Source: Thermoanaerobaculia bacterium
Lineage (GTDB): Bacteria > Acidobacteriota > Thermoanaerobaculia > JALWYX01
Length of the DNA stretch: 56,745 nt
Direction of reading: 5' to 3'
Assembly (NCBI GenBank): GCA_027078415.1
Contig: JALWYX010000040.1
Span: 1-56,745 of the forward strand
A program made the translations under genes and the position numbers. Position 1 is the stretch's first letter, and each line of letters starts with the position of its first letter. Shown in pieces: positions 9,088 through 18,005 of the stretch. The notes under the pieces were generated by a model. That model saw only the letters and a program-made list of their open reading frames with translations, ran no database searches and was not told the DNA's origin.

Positions 9088-11640
9088 ATGAAGAATATTA
9101 TTGCACAAAAGATCAAGCTCGTAGATTTAGCTTCGAGAGGTGAAATAAGTGATACAGAGGTAGTTCTTGATCTTTTTCTAAAGTGGGTAGAAGGACAGGG
9201 TTTTAAACTTTTCTCCGCTCAGGAAGAAGCTATTCTGGAGTTGTATACCGGTAAAAACGTTATATTAAATACTCCTACAGGTTCGGGTAAATCTTTAGTA
9301 GCTTTAGCGTTGCATTTTTTGGATTTTTGTAGAGGAGGTAGGAGTTATTATACTTCTCCTACAAAGGCGCTTGCCAGCGAGAAATTTTTTTACCTTTGCG
9401 AGCAATTTGGTGCTTCTGCGGTGGGTATGCAGACAGGGGATGCTAGCATAAATAGTGAGGCTCCTATAATTTGTGCTACCGCTGAGGTCCTTGCTCATTT
9501 AGCTATAAGGAAACAGAACGATCTTAACGTAACTTCTGCGGTTTTAGATGAATTCCACTATTACTCAGACAGAGAGCGCGGGGTGGCGTGGCAATTACCT
9601 CTTATAACTTTGCCTCAAACGCAGTTTTTACTAATGTCTGCTACCCTAGGTAACGTGGATAAAATAGTTGAATCTCTCGAAAAGGAAACAGGTAAAGAAA
9701 CTGTAGTTGTAAAAGGTGATGAACGTCCTGTTCCTCTTGAGTTTTTTTACTGGGATAATTTGCTACACGAGGCAGTTGAACTACTTCGTGATAAGGGAAT
9801 GTTACCAGCTTACATAGTAAGTTTTACTCAGCGTGAATGCGCTGAGATAGCCCAAGATTTATCCAGTATAAACCTCGCTACTAGCGAAGAAAAGCGCAAG
9901 TTGCGGCAAGCAATATCGGCGTTTAGGTTCGATTCTCCCTATGGCAAAGAGATGAAACGCCTTATAGAAAAAGGTGTAGCAGTGCATCACGCAGGGTTGT
10001 TGCCTAAATACCGTTTACTAGTAGAACAACTAGCTCAACAGGGCCTTCTTAAAGTTATATGCGGTACAGACACTTTGGGTGTAGGAGTTAATATACCTAT
10101 AAGGACAGTGCTTTTTACTAAACTGGCTAAATTTGATGGAGAAAAAGTCAGAAGGTTAACTGTTAGAGAGTTTAAACAGATAGCCGGCAGGGCGGGAAGA
10201 AAAGGTTTTGACAATTTAGGATATGTTATAGCTTTACCTCCAGAATTTGAAGTGTTAAATCAGAGATTAAACTCGAAGAAAAAACGCAAGGTGACACCTC
10301 CACGAGGCTTTGTTAAATGGGATAAAGAGTTTTTTTCCAAGTTGATAAGTAGTGAACCTGAAAAACTTATCTCGCGTTTCGAAGTATCTCACCACCTTAT
10401 TTTGAATCTTTTGCAGAGAGATCAAGAACTTAATGATCCTACAAAACCCAATTTTTATTCTTTGAGAGTTCTTATTAACAAGTCACACGATAGTGAAAAG
10501 AAAAAGAAGAGGCATATAAGAAAAGCGGCGGTACTTGTAAGGTCTCTCAAAAAAGCTGGTGTTATAGAACTTGTGAAAGATACAAATACCAATTATTATT
10601 GGGTGGTCCTAAAGGAAGGTTTACAGATAGAGTTTTCTCTTCATCATGCTCTTTCATTATTTCTAGTTGAAGGTATAAAACAGCTCGACAACAGTGATCC
10701 ACAATACCATCTTAAAGTTCTAACTTTGGTTGAATCTATATTGGAAGACCCTAGAGCTATTCTTAAAAAACAGGAGAGAGTACTAAAAGATAGGTTGCTC
10801 AAACAGCTGAAAGCCGAAAAGGTGCCTTATGAAGAAAGAGTGGAACGGTTAGAAGAAGTCACCTATCCACAACCTGATGCTGATCTTGTATGGGATCTAT
10901 TTGCTTGGTTTTCCAATAAACACCCTTGGGTTATAGGGTATTCTATATCCCCAAAAGGTATAGGTAGAGAAATGTATGAAAACTTCTTCGATTTTTCCAG
11001 TTATGTGAAATATTACGGACTTCAAAGAAGTGAAGGTGTACTGCTAAGGTATATAACACAACTTTATAAAACACTGTTCCAGAACGTTCCTGAGACTAGC
11101 AAAAACGAAGCTATATACGATTTAGAGAGTTATTTTAGAACAATTATAGATACAACAGACACCTCTCTACTAAAAGAGTGGGAGTTTATGCTTAACCCTG
11201 AACTTAAGTTTAAGTCTAGAGACGAACAAGAGAAAGGCCGTAGAGAAATATTTCTATACCAGCTTCTGCATGATTACCGGGCATTTGAAGCAAAAGTTCG
11301 TAATGAAATGCATCAGTTTGCTAAAGCACTTGCTGAAGAAGATTTTCAAAGGGCTCTTTCGATCCTCAAGATCGATCCTGATGATAGATGGGATCTAGAA
11401 AGAATAGAACAAGCTGTAAAACCATTAAAAGAGATAGGTGGAATAGTGTGGAATAAAGATGCTAGAGATAAAAATATGATTCTTATAAAAAAGATCGATA
11501 ATCGCAATTGGGAAGTATATCAAAACCTGCTAACGCCAACGGGAGACACGAGTTGGTATATATTAGGTACTGTAGATCTTGCTAAGATAGATAATCCTTA
11601 TGAACCGATAGTTACTTTGCGATACATAGGAAATTATTAG
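9088..11640 (+). CDS. Ski2-like DEAD/DEAH helicase with DUF3516-type C-terminus
   Basis: PTGSGKS, PTKALASEK, DEFH, SAT, HHAGL, TLGVGVN, QIAGRAGR; YGLQRSEGVLLRY in the C-terminal part. Confidence 0.9.
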   Translation: MKNIIAQKIKLVDLASRGEISDTEVVLDLFLKWVEGQGFKLFSAQEEAILELYTGKNVILNTPTGSGKSLVALALHFLDFCRGGRSYYTSPTKALASEKFFYLCEQFGASAVGMQTGDASINSEAPIICATAEVLAHLAIRKQNDLNVTSAVLDEFHYYSDRERGVAWQLPLITLPQTQFLLMSATLGNVDKIVESLEKETGKETVVVKGDERPVPLEFFYWDNLLHEAVELLRDKGMLPAYIVSFTQRECAEIAQDLSSINLATSEEKRKLRQAISAFRFDSPYGKEMKRLIEKGVAVHHAGLLPKYRLLVEQLAQQGLLKVICGTDTLGVGVNIPIRTVLFTKLAKFDGEKVRRLTVREFKQIAGRAGRKGFDNLGYVIALPPEFEVLNQRLNSKKKRKVTPPRGFVKWDKEFFSKLISSEPEKLISRFEVSHHLILNLLQRDQELNDPTKPNFYSLRVLINKSHDSEKKKKRHIRKAAVLVRSLKKAGVIELVKDTNTNYYWVVLKEGLQIEFSLHHALSLFLVEGIKQLDNSDPQYHLKVLTLVESILEDPRAILKKQERVLKDRLLKQLKAEKVPYEERVERLEEVTYPQPDADLVWDLFAWFSNKHPWVIGYSISPKGIGREMYENFFDFSSYVKYYGLQRSEGVLLRYITQLYKTLFQNVPETSKNEAIYDLESYFRTIIDTTDTSLLKEWEFMLNPELKFKSRDEQEKGRREIFLYQLLHDYRAFEAKVRNEMHQFAKALAEEDFQRALSILKIDPDDRWDLERIEQAVKPLKEIGGIVWNKDARDKNMILIKKIDNRNWEVYQNLLTPTGDTSWYILGTVDLAKIDNPYEPIVTLRYIGNY

Positions 11641-11643
11641 AAT

Positions 11644-13692
11644 TTACTCTATATGTGGAAAATTTTTTATCAAGTAACGATAAATTTTGTTTTGTTTATA
11701 GTTTAACACTACTAAATGTATACCTTTGCTAGGATGTATAAAGGTTAAGTCATAACCGTTTATCAAAAGTGCTACTCTTTCTCTACTCTTTGCTTTTAAT
11801 CTGCAGAAAAATTTATTTTTCCGATAATAAATATGTAACTTACTTTTCCCATATTTTTCTTTTAGTAGTACACCATCTTCAAATATAGCTAGATATGGAA
11901 TCATGTTGTTCTGGGTAGCTGTTGTGTTAAAGTTTTTTAGGAATTTTAGTAGGTTATGGTTGGATTGGTTTCTATTTACTGCAAGTAGCACTATTTCGCC
12001 TTTTTTGAAATGTTTTTTAACTATTTGAATTTCGTCTAGTATATTGGGCCAGTTGTCTAGATTATTTGCTATTTTGTGCGGGACGATTAGATACAATCCG
12101 TTAAGTAGAACTTTTTTAAAGTTATCTCTTTTTTGTAATTTTCTAAGCAAGTGAAAGTCTTCTATTATGTAGATACTTTGTGGATCGATAGAAGAATTTG
12201 TAATTTCTTTTTTTAGTTGTTTATGGTATTTCTCCCTTGCTTCTTTACTGTATCTAGCTACATTTCCAACGTTTATCTTCTTTCCTCTACTTGCTACAAT
12301 GGTGGCTAACTGGGTGTGTATAAGATCTGAATAACCCCTTGTAACGGGTGGGAAGAAAATAACTGTGTCTATTTTATCTACTATATCTTGCCACTTTTCT
12401 TTGTTAAACAAAGAGCCGTGAGGTTTTAGATTTAACAAACGTGCTTTTTTGGCAATATGAGGAGAGATGTCGATTGTTTGTAGCACAAGAGCTGTGGATA
12501 GAAAAACGGTGGATACTACGGGTGGGAAGTTTTGTATTACACTAACTATGACAAATATGTAAATAAGGTAGCATGCTAACCATATAAATCTACCGTTTGC
12601 TCTTACTACTTGTAAATGAGCAAGAGTCTTTTCAGGCAAAATTAAAGTAGTTATTAAATGTTCACCTATATAAATATTAGGTATTATGGAGAATATAAAA
12701 AAAAGTGTTCCTATTAGTGTAAGTAGCAAGAAGGTCGAAGGTAGCTTAGTTTTTCTCCAAATTAATGCTATCGGTAATAATGTTAGTATGCCTATCCCTA
12801 AGTACCCAAAACCTTCGTATTGAAAAGTTCCTACTTTTTTAATAGGTTTTATAAATTTTGATACGTATACAAAGTAAGGATCTATAAAGGATAGAATATT
12901 TGCGTTGTAGAATCTTCCTCCTCGCAAATCTGAAGCTTTTAAAATAAAGTATCCTAACAGATAAGCTGTTATCGTTACAAAAGCTAACAAATAAATAGCT
13001 TTTCTTATTTCTTGAATAGATAATTTATGCAGAAGAGTTAATAACCAGATTGCAAATACGAAGATAAATAGGTAGAAGTGAATAGCTATCGATATAGGAA
13101 GTAGAAAGTGAATGTTTTTGCTGTTGGTTAGGTATAAATAGATCGCTGCTATTATCAACCATTGACCTACGAGGGCTGAATGGCCACCCAATCTGATTAT
13201 CATGAAGGGTGCTAGGAGAAAGAATAGGGATCCTAAATACGATTGTACTGTTTTGTTGGTTAGGTATACTAGCAGTTTTGTAGCGAAGAATATTTGTAGT
13301 GTAAAAGATAGCAGATACCATATTCCGAAGTATTGGAACGGACTACCGATAATAGGTGATATTATTTTAAAGAGTATAGCTAACAGAGGTATACAATCTA
13401 CATACACTATACTTGTTCCGTGTGGGTAAAAGTAGTTCTCTATTTTGCCTATTATCGGGAAATTCCATTTTTCATTTAAGAAGAATAACCAACCTACGAA
13501 GTGATCGTTGAGGTCTGCTGGGTTGGATATTATCCAATTTATAGAGGAAGGGTTTAGGCTGCTGGTTCCAAAACAGAACAGGTAAAAACCGGAAGATACA
13601 GCAGAAGAAAAGATAAATAGTGTAAGGTTACTAGATGGTGGTAATAATTTGTATCTCGAAAGGCGATACAATAGTTTGGAAAAAATACTCAT
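11644..13692 (-). CDS. Polytopic membrane protein (DUF6311-like, possible GT-C glycosyltransferase)
   Basis: W.FP.IG, GTSIVYVDCIPL, QYFGIW, QYEGFGYLG, RANGRFIW motifs; many TM helices plus soluble C-terminus. Confidence 0.65.
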   Translation of the reverse strand: MSIFSKLLYRLSRYKLLPPSSNLTLFIFSSAVSSGFYLFCFGTSSLNPSSINWIISNPADLNDHFVGWLFFLNEKWNFPIIGKIENYFYPHGTSIVYVDCIPLLAILFKIISPIIGSPFQYFGIWYLLSFTLQIFFATKLLVYLTNKTVQSYLGSLFFLLAPFMIIRLGGHSALVGQWLIIAAIYLYLTNSKNIHFLLPISIAIHFYLFIFVFAIWLLTLLHKLSIQEIRKAIYLLAFVTITAYLLGYFILKASDLRGGRFYNANILSFIDPYFVYVSKFIKPIKKVGTFQYEGFGYLGIGILTLLPIALIWRKTKLPSTFLLLTLIGTLFFIFSIIPNIYIGEHLITTLILPEKTLAHLQVVRANGRFIWLACYLIYIFVIVSVIQNFPPVVSTVFLSTALVLQTIDISPHIAKKARLLNLKPHGSLFNKEKWQDIVDKIDTVIFFPPVTRGYSDLIHTQLATIVASRGKKINVGNVARYSKEAREKYHKQLKKEITNSSIDPQSIYIIEDFHLLRKLQKRDNFKKVLLNGLYLIVPHKIANNLDNWPNILDEIQIVKKHFKKGEIVLLAVNRNQSNHNLLKFLKNFNTTATQNNMIPYLAIFEDGVLLKEKYGKSKLHIYYRKNKFFCRLKAKSRERVALLINGYDLTFIHPSKGIHLVVLNYKQNKIYRYLIKNFPHIE

Positions 13693-14004
13693 TGTACACT
13701 TGCTCTTATATTTTAGTTTTTTCTAAAGAGGTTTGATTTGTAGTAACCGTTTTAAACAACTTCATAAAAAATTTTACCTTTATAGAGATTCATGCTAGAA
13801 AAGATAATAAACAAAAACTTTGCCTGTTGTTGATCTCTTTCTGTGTTTTTAGTCTGAAATTTGCATGTTGGTTGTTTTTATGAAATTTTGAGCGGATAGT
13901 ATGTGTAATCGATGTGAGATTTTTGCATATTATTTATGAATATTGCTTCCCTTTTGTAAGCGAATAAGATTCAAAAATTAGAATTTACTTTGATAGATTT
14001 CAGT

Positions 14005-14856
14005 TTATTGTTTTTTTGAAGTTCGCAATTTTGTAAAGATAGTATCTAGGGTTTTATCATCTAAGTATTTTAGATGGTTGAATTGTCCTGCCATTAACCA
14101 TTCTCCCCCATCGATTGTTACTATTTCTCCGTTGATGAACTCTGAAAGATCACTTATTAGAAAGGCAACTAAATTAGCCACTTCTTGAGGTTTACCAACT
14201 CTTTTAAGTGGTATTCTTGCGACTATTTTATCCTCTATCTCTTTAGGAACTAAACGGCTCCATGCTCCCTCTGTTGGAAATATTCCTGGAGCTACAGCGT
14301 TCACCCTTATCCTAGGTGCCCATTCTACCGCCAATGACCTAGTTAAGGCTACTACTCCTGCTTTTGAGACAGCACTAGGTACTACGTACGCAGAGCCTGT
14401 AAATGCATAGGTAGTTACTATCGATACTATTTTTCCTTTTACATTTGTTTTAAATAAGGTTTTAGCGAATTCCGTAGAACAGTAAAATGTTCCAAAAAGA
14501 ACAGTTTCTACTATCGCACGAAACCCTTTAGGAGAAATAGATTCGCTCTTAGCTAAAAAATTCCCTGCCGCGTTGTTAACTAGCGCTGTAGCTGTTTTAT
14601 ATTTTTCTCTTATATAACTGAATAGCTCGCTTACTTCCAGGGGCTCTCGAACGTTGCACTGCTTGTATGAATGATCGTTGTTATTTATAGATCGTAACTG
14701 CTTTGTGACCTCCTTTAAAGGTTCTTCCCTTCTGCCGCATACGATTACGGTTGCTCCTAATTCTGCAAATCTTATAGCCATGGCTCTACCTAAACCTGTA
14801 CCCCCACCAGTTATAACTATGGTTTCGCCCGATAATAATGTGTTACAACTATCCAT
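14005..14856 (-). CDS. SDR oxidoreductase, 2,4-dienoyl-CoA reductase-like
   Basis: TGGGTGLG, NNAAGNF, PSAVSKAG (Ser in place of the SDR Tyr, as in DECR-type enzymes), IDGGEW. Confidence 0.85.
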   Translation of the reverse strand: MDSCNTLLSGETIVITGGGTGLGRAMAIRFAELGATVIVCGRREEPLKEVTKQLRSINNNDHSYKQCNVREPLEVSELFSYIREKYKTATALVNNAAGNFLAKSESISPKGFRAIVETVLFGTFYCSTEFAKTLFKTNVKGKIVSIVTTYAFTGSAYVVPSAVSKAGVVALTRSLAVEWAPRIRVNAVAPGIFPTEGAWSRLVPKEIEDKIVARIPLKRVGKPQEVANLVAFLISDLSEFINGEIVTIDGGEWLMAGQFNHLKYLDDKTLDTIFTKLRTSKKQ

Positions 14857-15176
14857 AACTACTGTTCTCCTTTCCTAAAGTTAGAGGTTGTAAGTATATT
14901 ACTGCTATTCTATTTGAAAAATTTATTGAGATAAAAACGGTGTGAACCAGATAAAGAGGTAACAGTTTGAGCACTGTATGAGACTGTTATTTATTTTAAG
15001 TTAACGGTGATGGTAGATGAGGTATATATGCGGTTTAAGATACGAATATCTTAGTATTATCTCTATGTTCCATCCATCTGTATTGTTAATGGGAGGTTCC
15101 TCTTTTTGTTTATTCTGGGGTGATGAGTGCAAAAGTTAAGAGAGATATTTGCAGAAACATGCGCAGAGGTAGAAAT

Positions 15177-16388
15177 TTAAATGATCTTTATTTTAGCAAA
15201 TTTTCTTTTTCCTATTTTGAGCAGATAAGGGTCTTTCCTTTTGACAAGTTTTGTGTGTTCATCGTATATTTTTTCGCCGTCTACTTTAATTCCTCCTTGT
15301 TTTATTAATCTTCTGACTTCGCTTTTCGATTTTGCTAGACCTACAGAAAATATTATTTCTACCAATTTGTTTTCTGTTAACTTGTATATAGGAACGTTTT
15401 CTGGGATCTCTTTTTTAGCGAAGATTCTTTCGAATTCTTCTTGTTCGCGCCTAGCTACTGTTGTTCCGTAAAATTGTGCTGTTATATGAAATGCTAGTTC
15501 ATGTTTGACTTTTTTGGGGTTGAGTATACCTTGCTTTACCGCACTTTTTTTGTTTTCTATGGTACTTTCATCTATATCTGTTAATAGGAGCAACCAATCC
15601 CACATTATCGAGTCTGGTATAGACATAACTTTTCCATACATATCCTTAGGTGTATCGTTAAGTGCTACTGCGTTTCCTAAACTTTTTGACATTTTCTCCT
15701 TACCGTCTAAACCCACAAGCAGGGGTACAGTTAGACATATCTGTGGTTCTAGTCCCCAATCTCGCATTAAGTCTCGTCCTACCAAGAGATTGAATATTTG
15801 ATCTGATCCTCCTAACTCTACATCTGCTTTAAGAGCGATTGAGTCGTATCCCTGTACTAAGGGATAGAGAAGTTCATGTATAAAAAGTGGCTGGTTAGTT
15901 GAAAGTCTTGTACGAAAGTCTTCCCTTTCTATCATACGTGCTAGTGTATATTTACTAGCTAGTTGAATTATTCCTCTACTGCCCAGTTGATCAAGCCATT
16001 CTGAATTAAATTTTATAATTGTTTTATCTGGATCCAAGATTTTGTACACTTGTTCCTTGTATGTCTCAGCGTTCTTCTTTACTTCGTCGGGAGTTAGTTG
16101 AGGACGAGTTTTCTTCTTTCCAGTAGGATCCCCAATAGTAGCTGTAAAGTCTCCTATAAGGAAAATTACCCTATGACCCAGTTGTTGAAAATGAGCCATT
16201 TTTTTCAGCAAGACTGTGTGACCCAAGTGTAAATCTGGTGTCGATGGATCAAATCCAGCCTTTACTAGTAAATTTGAACCGTTTTTTAAGCACTGTGCTA
16301 TTTTGCTTTTTAGTTCTTTCTCCTCTACAAGATCTACTGTTCCTCTTTTTATAAGTTTAAGTTGATACTCTAATTCTTTTTCCATCAT
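15177..16388 (-). CDS. tyrS: Tyrosine--tRNA ligase
   Basis: GFDP..PDLHLGH (HIGH), [19 protein letters not shown]-terminal S4 domain. Confidence 0.97.
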   Translation of the reverse strand: MMEKELEYQLKLIKRGTVDLVEEKELKSKIAQCLKNGSNLLVKAGFDPSTPDLHLGHTVLLKKMAHFQQLGHRVIFLIGDFTATIGDPTGKKKTRPQLTPDEVKKNAETYKEQVYKILDPDKTIIKFNSEWLDQLGSRGIIQLASKYTLARMIEREDFRTRLSTNQPLFIHELLYPLVQGYDSIALKADVELGGSDQIFNLLVGRDLMRDWGLEPQICLTVPLLVGLDGKEKMSKSLGNAVALNDTPKDMYGKVMSIPDSIMWDWLLLLTDIDESTIENKKSAVKQGILNPKKVKHELAFHITAQFYGTTVARREQEEFERIFAKKEIPENVPIYKLTENKLVEIIFSVGLAKSKSEVRRLIKQGGIKVDGEKIYDEHTKLVKRKDPYLLKIGKRKFAKIKII

Positions 16389-16414
16389 GATGGATAAAGA
16401 ATAGCATATTTTGC

Positions 16415-16440
16415 AAATCTAATAACTACTTTTGCTCGTA
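16415..16440 (+). promoter_or_regulatory. Candidate autoregulatory ECF promoter (AAATCT-N16-CGTA)
   Basis: CGTA -10-like element 16 bp after an AATC-containing element, just upstream of the ECF gene; ECF genes are commonly autoregulated. Confidence 0.3.
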
Positions 16441-16456
16441 CTATGTTAAGAGGAAC

Positions 16457-17047
16457 GTGATGATGATCGCTAAAGAGTTGGAAATAGATAAATGTAGCGA
16501 TTCCGAGTTGCTCTATATGATAAAGATGGGTGATGAAAAAGCTCTAGAAGAACTATATAGAAGGTATTACTCTATAGTTAAAGGTTTGGCTCTAAAAATT
16601 TTACGTAACGACGAAGAAGCTAATGAGGTTGTACAAACAGTTTTTATTCAAGTTTGGGATGAAGCGCACAAGTATTCTACAGATAAAGGTTCTGTTTTCA
16701 GTTGGATAATGCTTATAGCACGCAGTAGGGCTATTGATAGATTCAGAGTATTAAAGCGAAAATTTGCAACGGAGCTTTACGAGATTCCAAGTTGCTATGA
16801 AGTTGAAAGCGAAAATGAGCAAACTGTGTTGTATAGTCAGCAGAGAAAGATCGTTTTAAACGCTTTGGAGGCTCTACCTACAATACAGAGAGAAGTTCTA
16901 GAACTTGCTTATTTCGAAGGCTTATCGCAATCACAAATAGCTAAGAAGTTGGATATACCTTTAGGCACAGTTAAAACAAGAACATTACACGCTTTACGGA
17001 AACTTAGAAAAATACTTGGAGGTTGTAAGGCAGAAATTTTAGGATAG
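16457..17047 (+). CDS. ECF sigma factor (SigK-like)
   Basis: Region 2 (VQTVFIQVW, ARSRAIDRFR) and region 4 (LAYFEGLSQSQIAKKLDIPLGTVKTR). Confidence 0.92.
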   Translation: MMMIAKELEIDKCSDSELLYMIKMGDEKALEELYRRYYSIVKGLALKILRNDEEANEVVQTVFIQVWDEAHKYSTDKGSVFSWIMLIARSRAIDRFRVLKRKFATELYEIPSCYEVESENEQTVLYSQQRKIVLNALEALPTIQREVLELAYFEGLSQSQIAKKLDIPLGTVKTRTLHALRKLRKILGGCKAEILG

Positions 17048-17055
17048 GTAAAACT

Positions 17056-17808
17056 ATGACTAAAAAAGATTGGTTGATAGAAACTGTAGATAAAGAGAGA
17101 GATGGCAAAGAGTTGAAAGAGGTGCTAGCACTTTTAACGTTTAAAGTGCCACTTGTTAACAGTGGTTATAGGTATAATTGGCAAAAGATAAAAAAGTATA
17201 TTGCTCAATCTAAGATCAAGAAATTTCCTTATGAATCACAATCTAAGAAATTAACTGGAATTAGTTTTCTCCCGTATTTAGCAGCTAGTTTTATGTTGCT
17301 TGGCTTTTTGGTAGTTTTACTTTTTGGGTATTATACCAAGAATAAAAGATTGCAAACTCTTAATAAAGAGGTTGCATCCTTGAAAAAATGGGTTGAGATT
17401 CTCGATTCGGAATCAAAAAGCGTTAGAAGCTACCTTAATATGGTTACTTCAGTAGGTACCGTTGTAGCTGTGTTCCATGATACGCGTTTTCGAGATAAAG
17501 TTAAGGGCGCTATTTTCATAGATCCTTCCAGGAAAGCTTACTATCTTAAGCTTGAAGATTTGGATCCATGTCCACCCAATAAGAGGTATAGAGTGTGGTT
17601 TGTAAGTAAAGTGGGGAAAGAAACTTTTTATTTACCTTGTATACATTTTTCTACTACAAATAGTGGGAAACTTGAATTTCTTATAGAACGTAAAATACCA
17701 GAAAACCTAGAGGCGGTTATTGTAACTCTCGAAGATAGTGTCCAAGATTCATATACACCGAGCGGTGAAATAGTACTCAAAGCCGATAATTTTAAGAAAA
17801 TAAGTTAA
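17056..17808 (+). CDS. Anti-sigma factor, RskA family
   Basis: Follows ECF gene; single TM, coiled coil, periplasmic domain with YRVW and VTLE...PSG motifs. Confidence 0.75.
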   Translation: MTKKDWLIETVDKERDGKELKEVLALLTFKVPLVNSGYRYNWQKIKKYIAQSKIKKFPYESQSKKLTGISFLPYLAASFMLLGFLVVLLFGYYTKNKRLQTLNKEVASLKKWVEILDSESKSVRSYLNMVTSVGTVVAVFHDTRFRDKVKGAIFIDPSRKAYYLKLEDLDPCPPNKRYRVWFVSKVGKETFYLPCIHFSTTNSGKLEFLIERKIPENLEAVIVTLEDSVQDSYTPSGEIVLKADNFKKIS

Positions 17809-17817
17809 CCGCAGCAT

Positions 17818-18004
17818 TGTAGCCTCGGGTAATTAAAAACCTTAATTAGAGATGGATTGTTAGACGATTGTAAAGTGATTGAAAATTGTTAACCGATGTA
17901 GTTTCCCATAAATACCTTTGTATAGGTAGTTTATATTCAATATTACAGATAAAAGCGTTTCAATATTCTAAGTATTACGCAAGATAGATTACCCAAAGGT
18001 TGTA
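17818..18004 (+). ncRNA. Candidate structured RNA / long imperfect inverted repeat between convergent genes
   Basis: Nested pairings GGGTAAT/ATTACCC, TTAGA/TCTAA, AGACG/CGTTT, TGTAA/TTACA, ATTGAA/TTCAAT, TACCT/AGGTA; found by eye, not folded computationally. Confidence 0.3.
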
Positions 18005-18005
18005 T

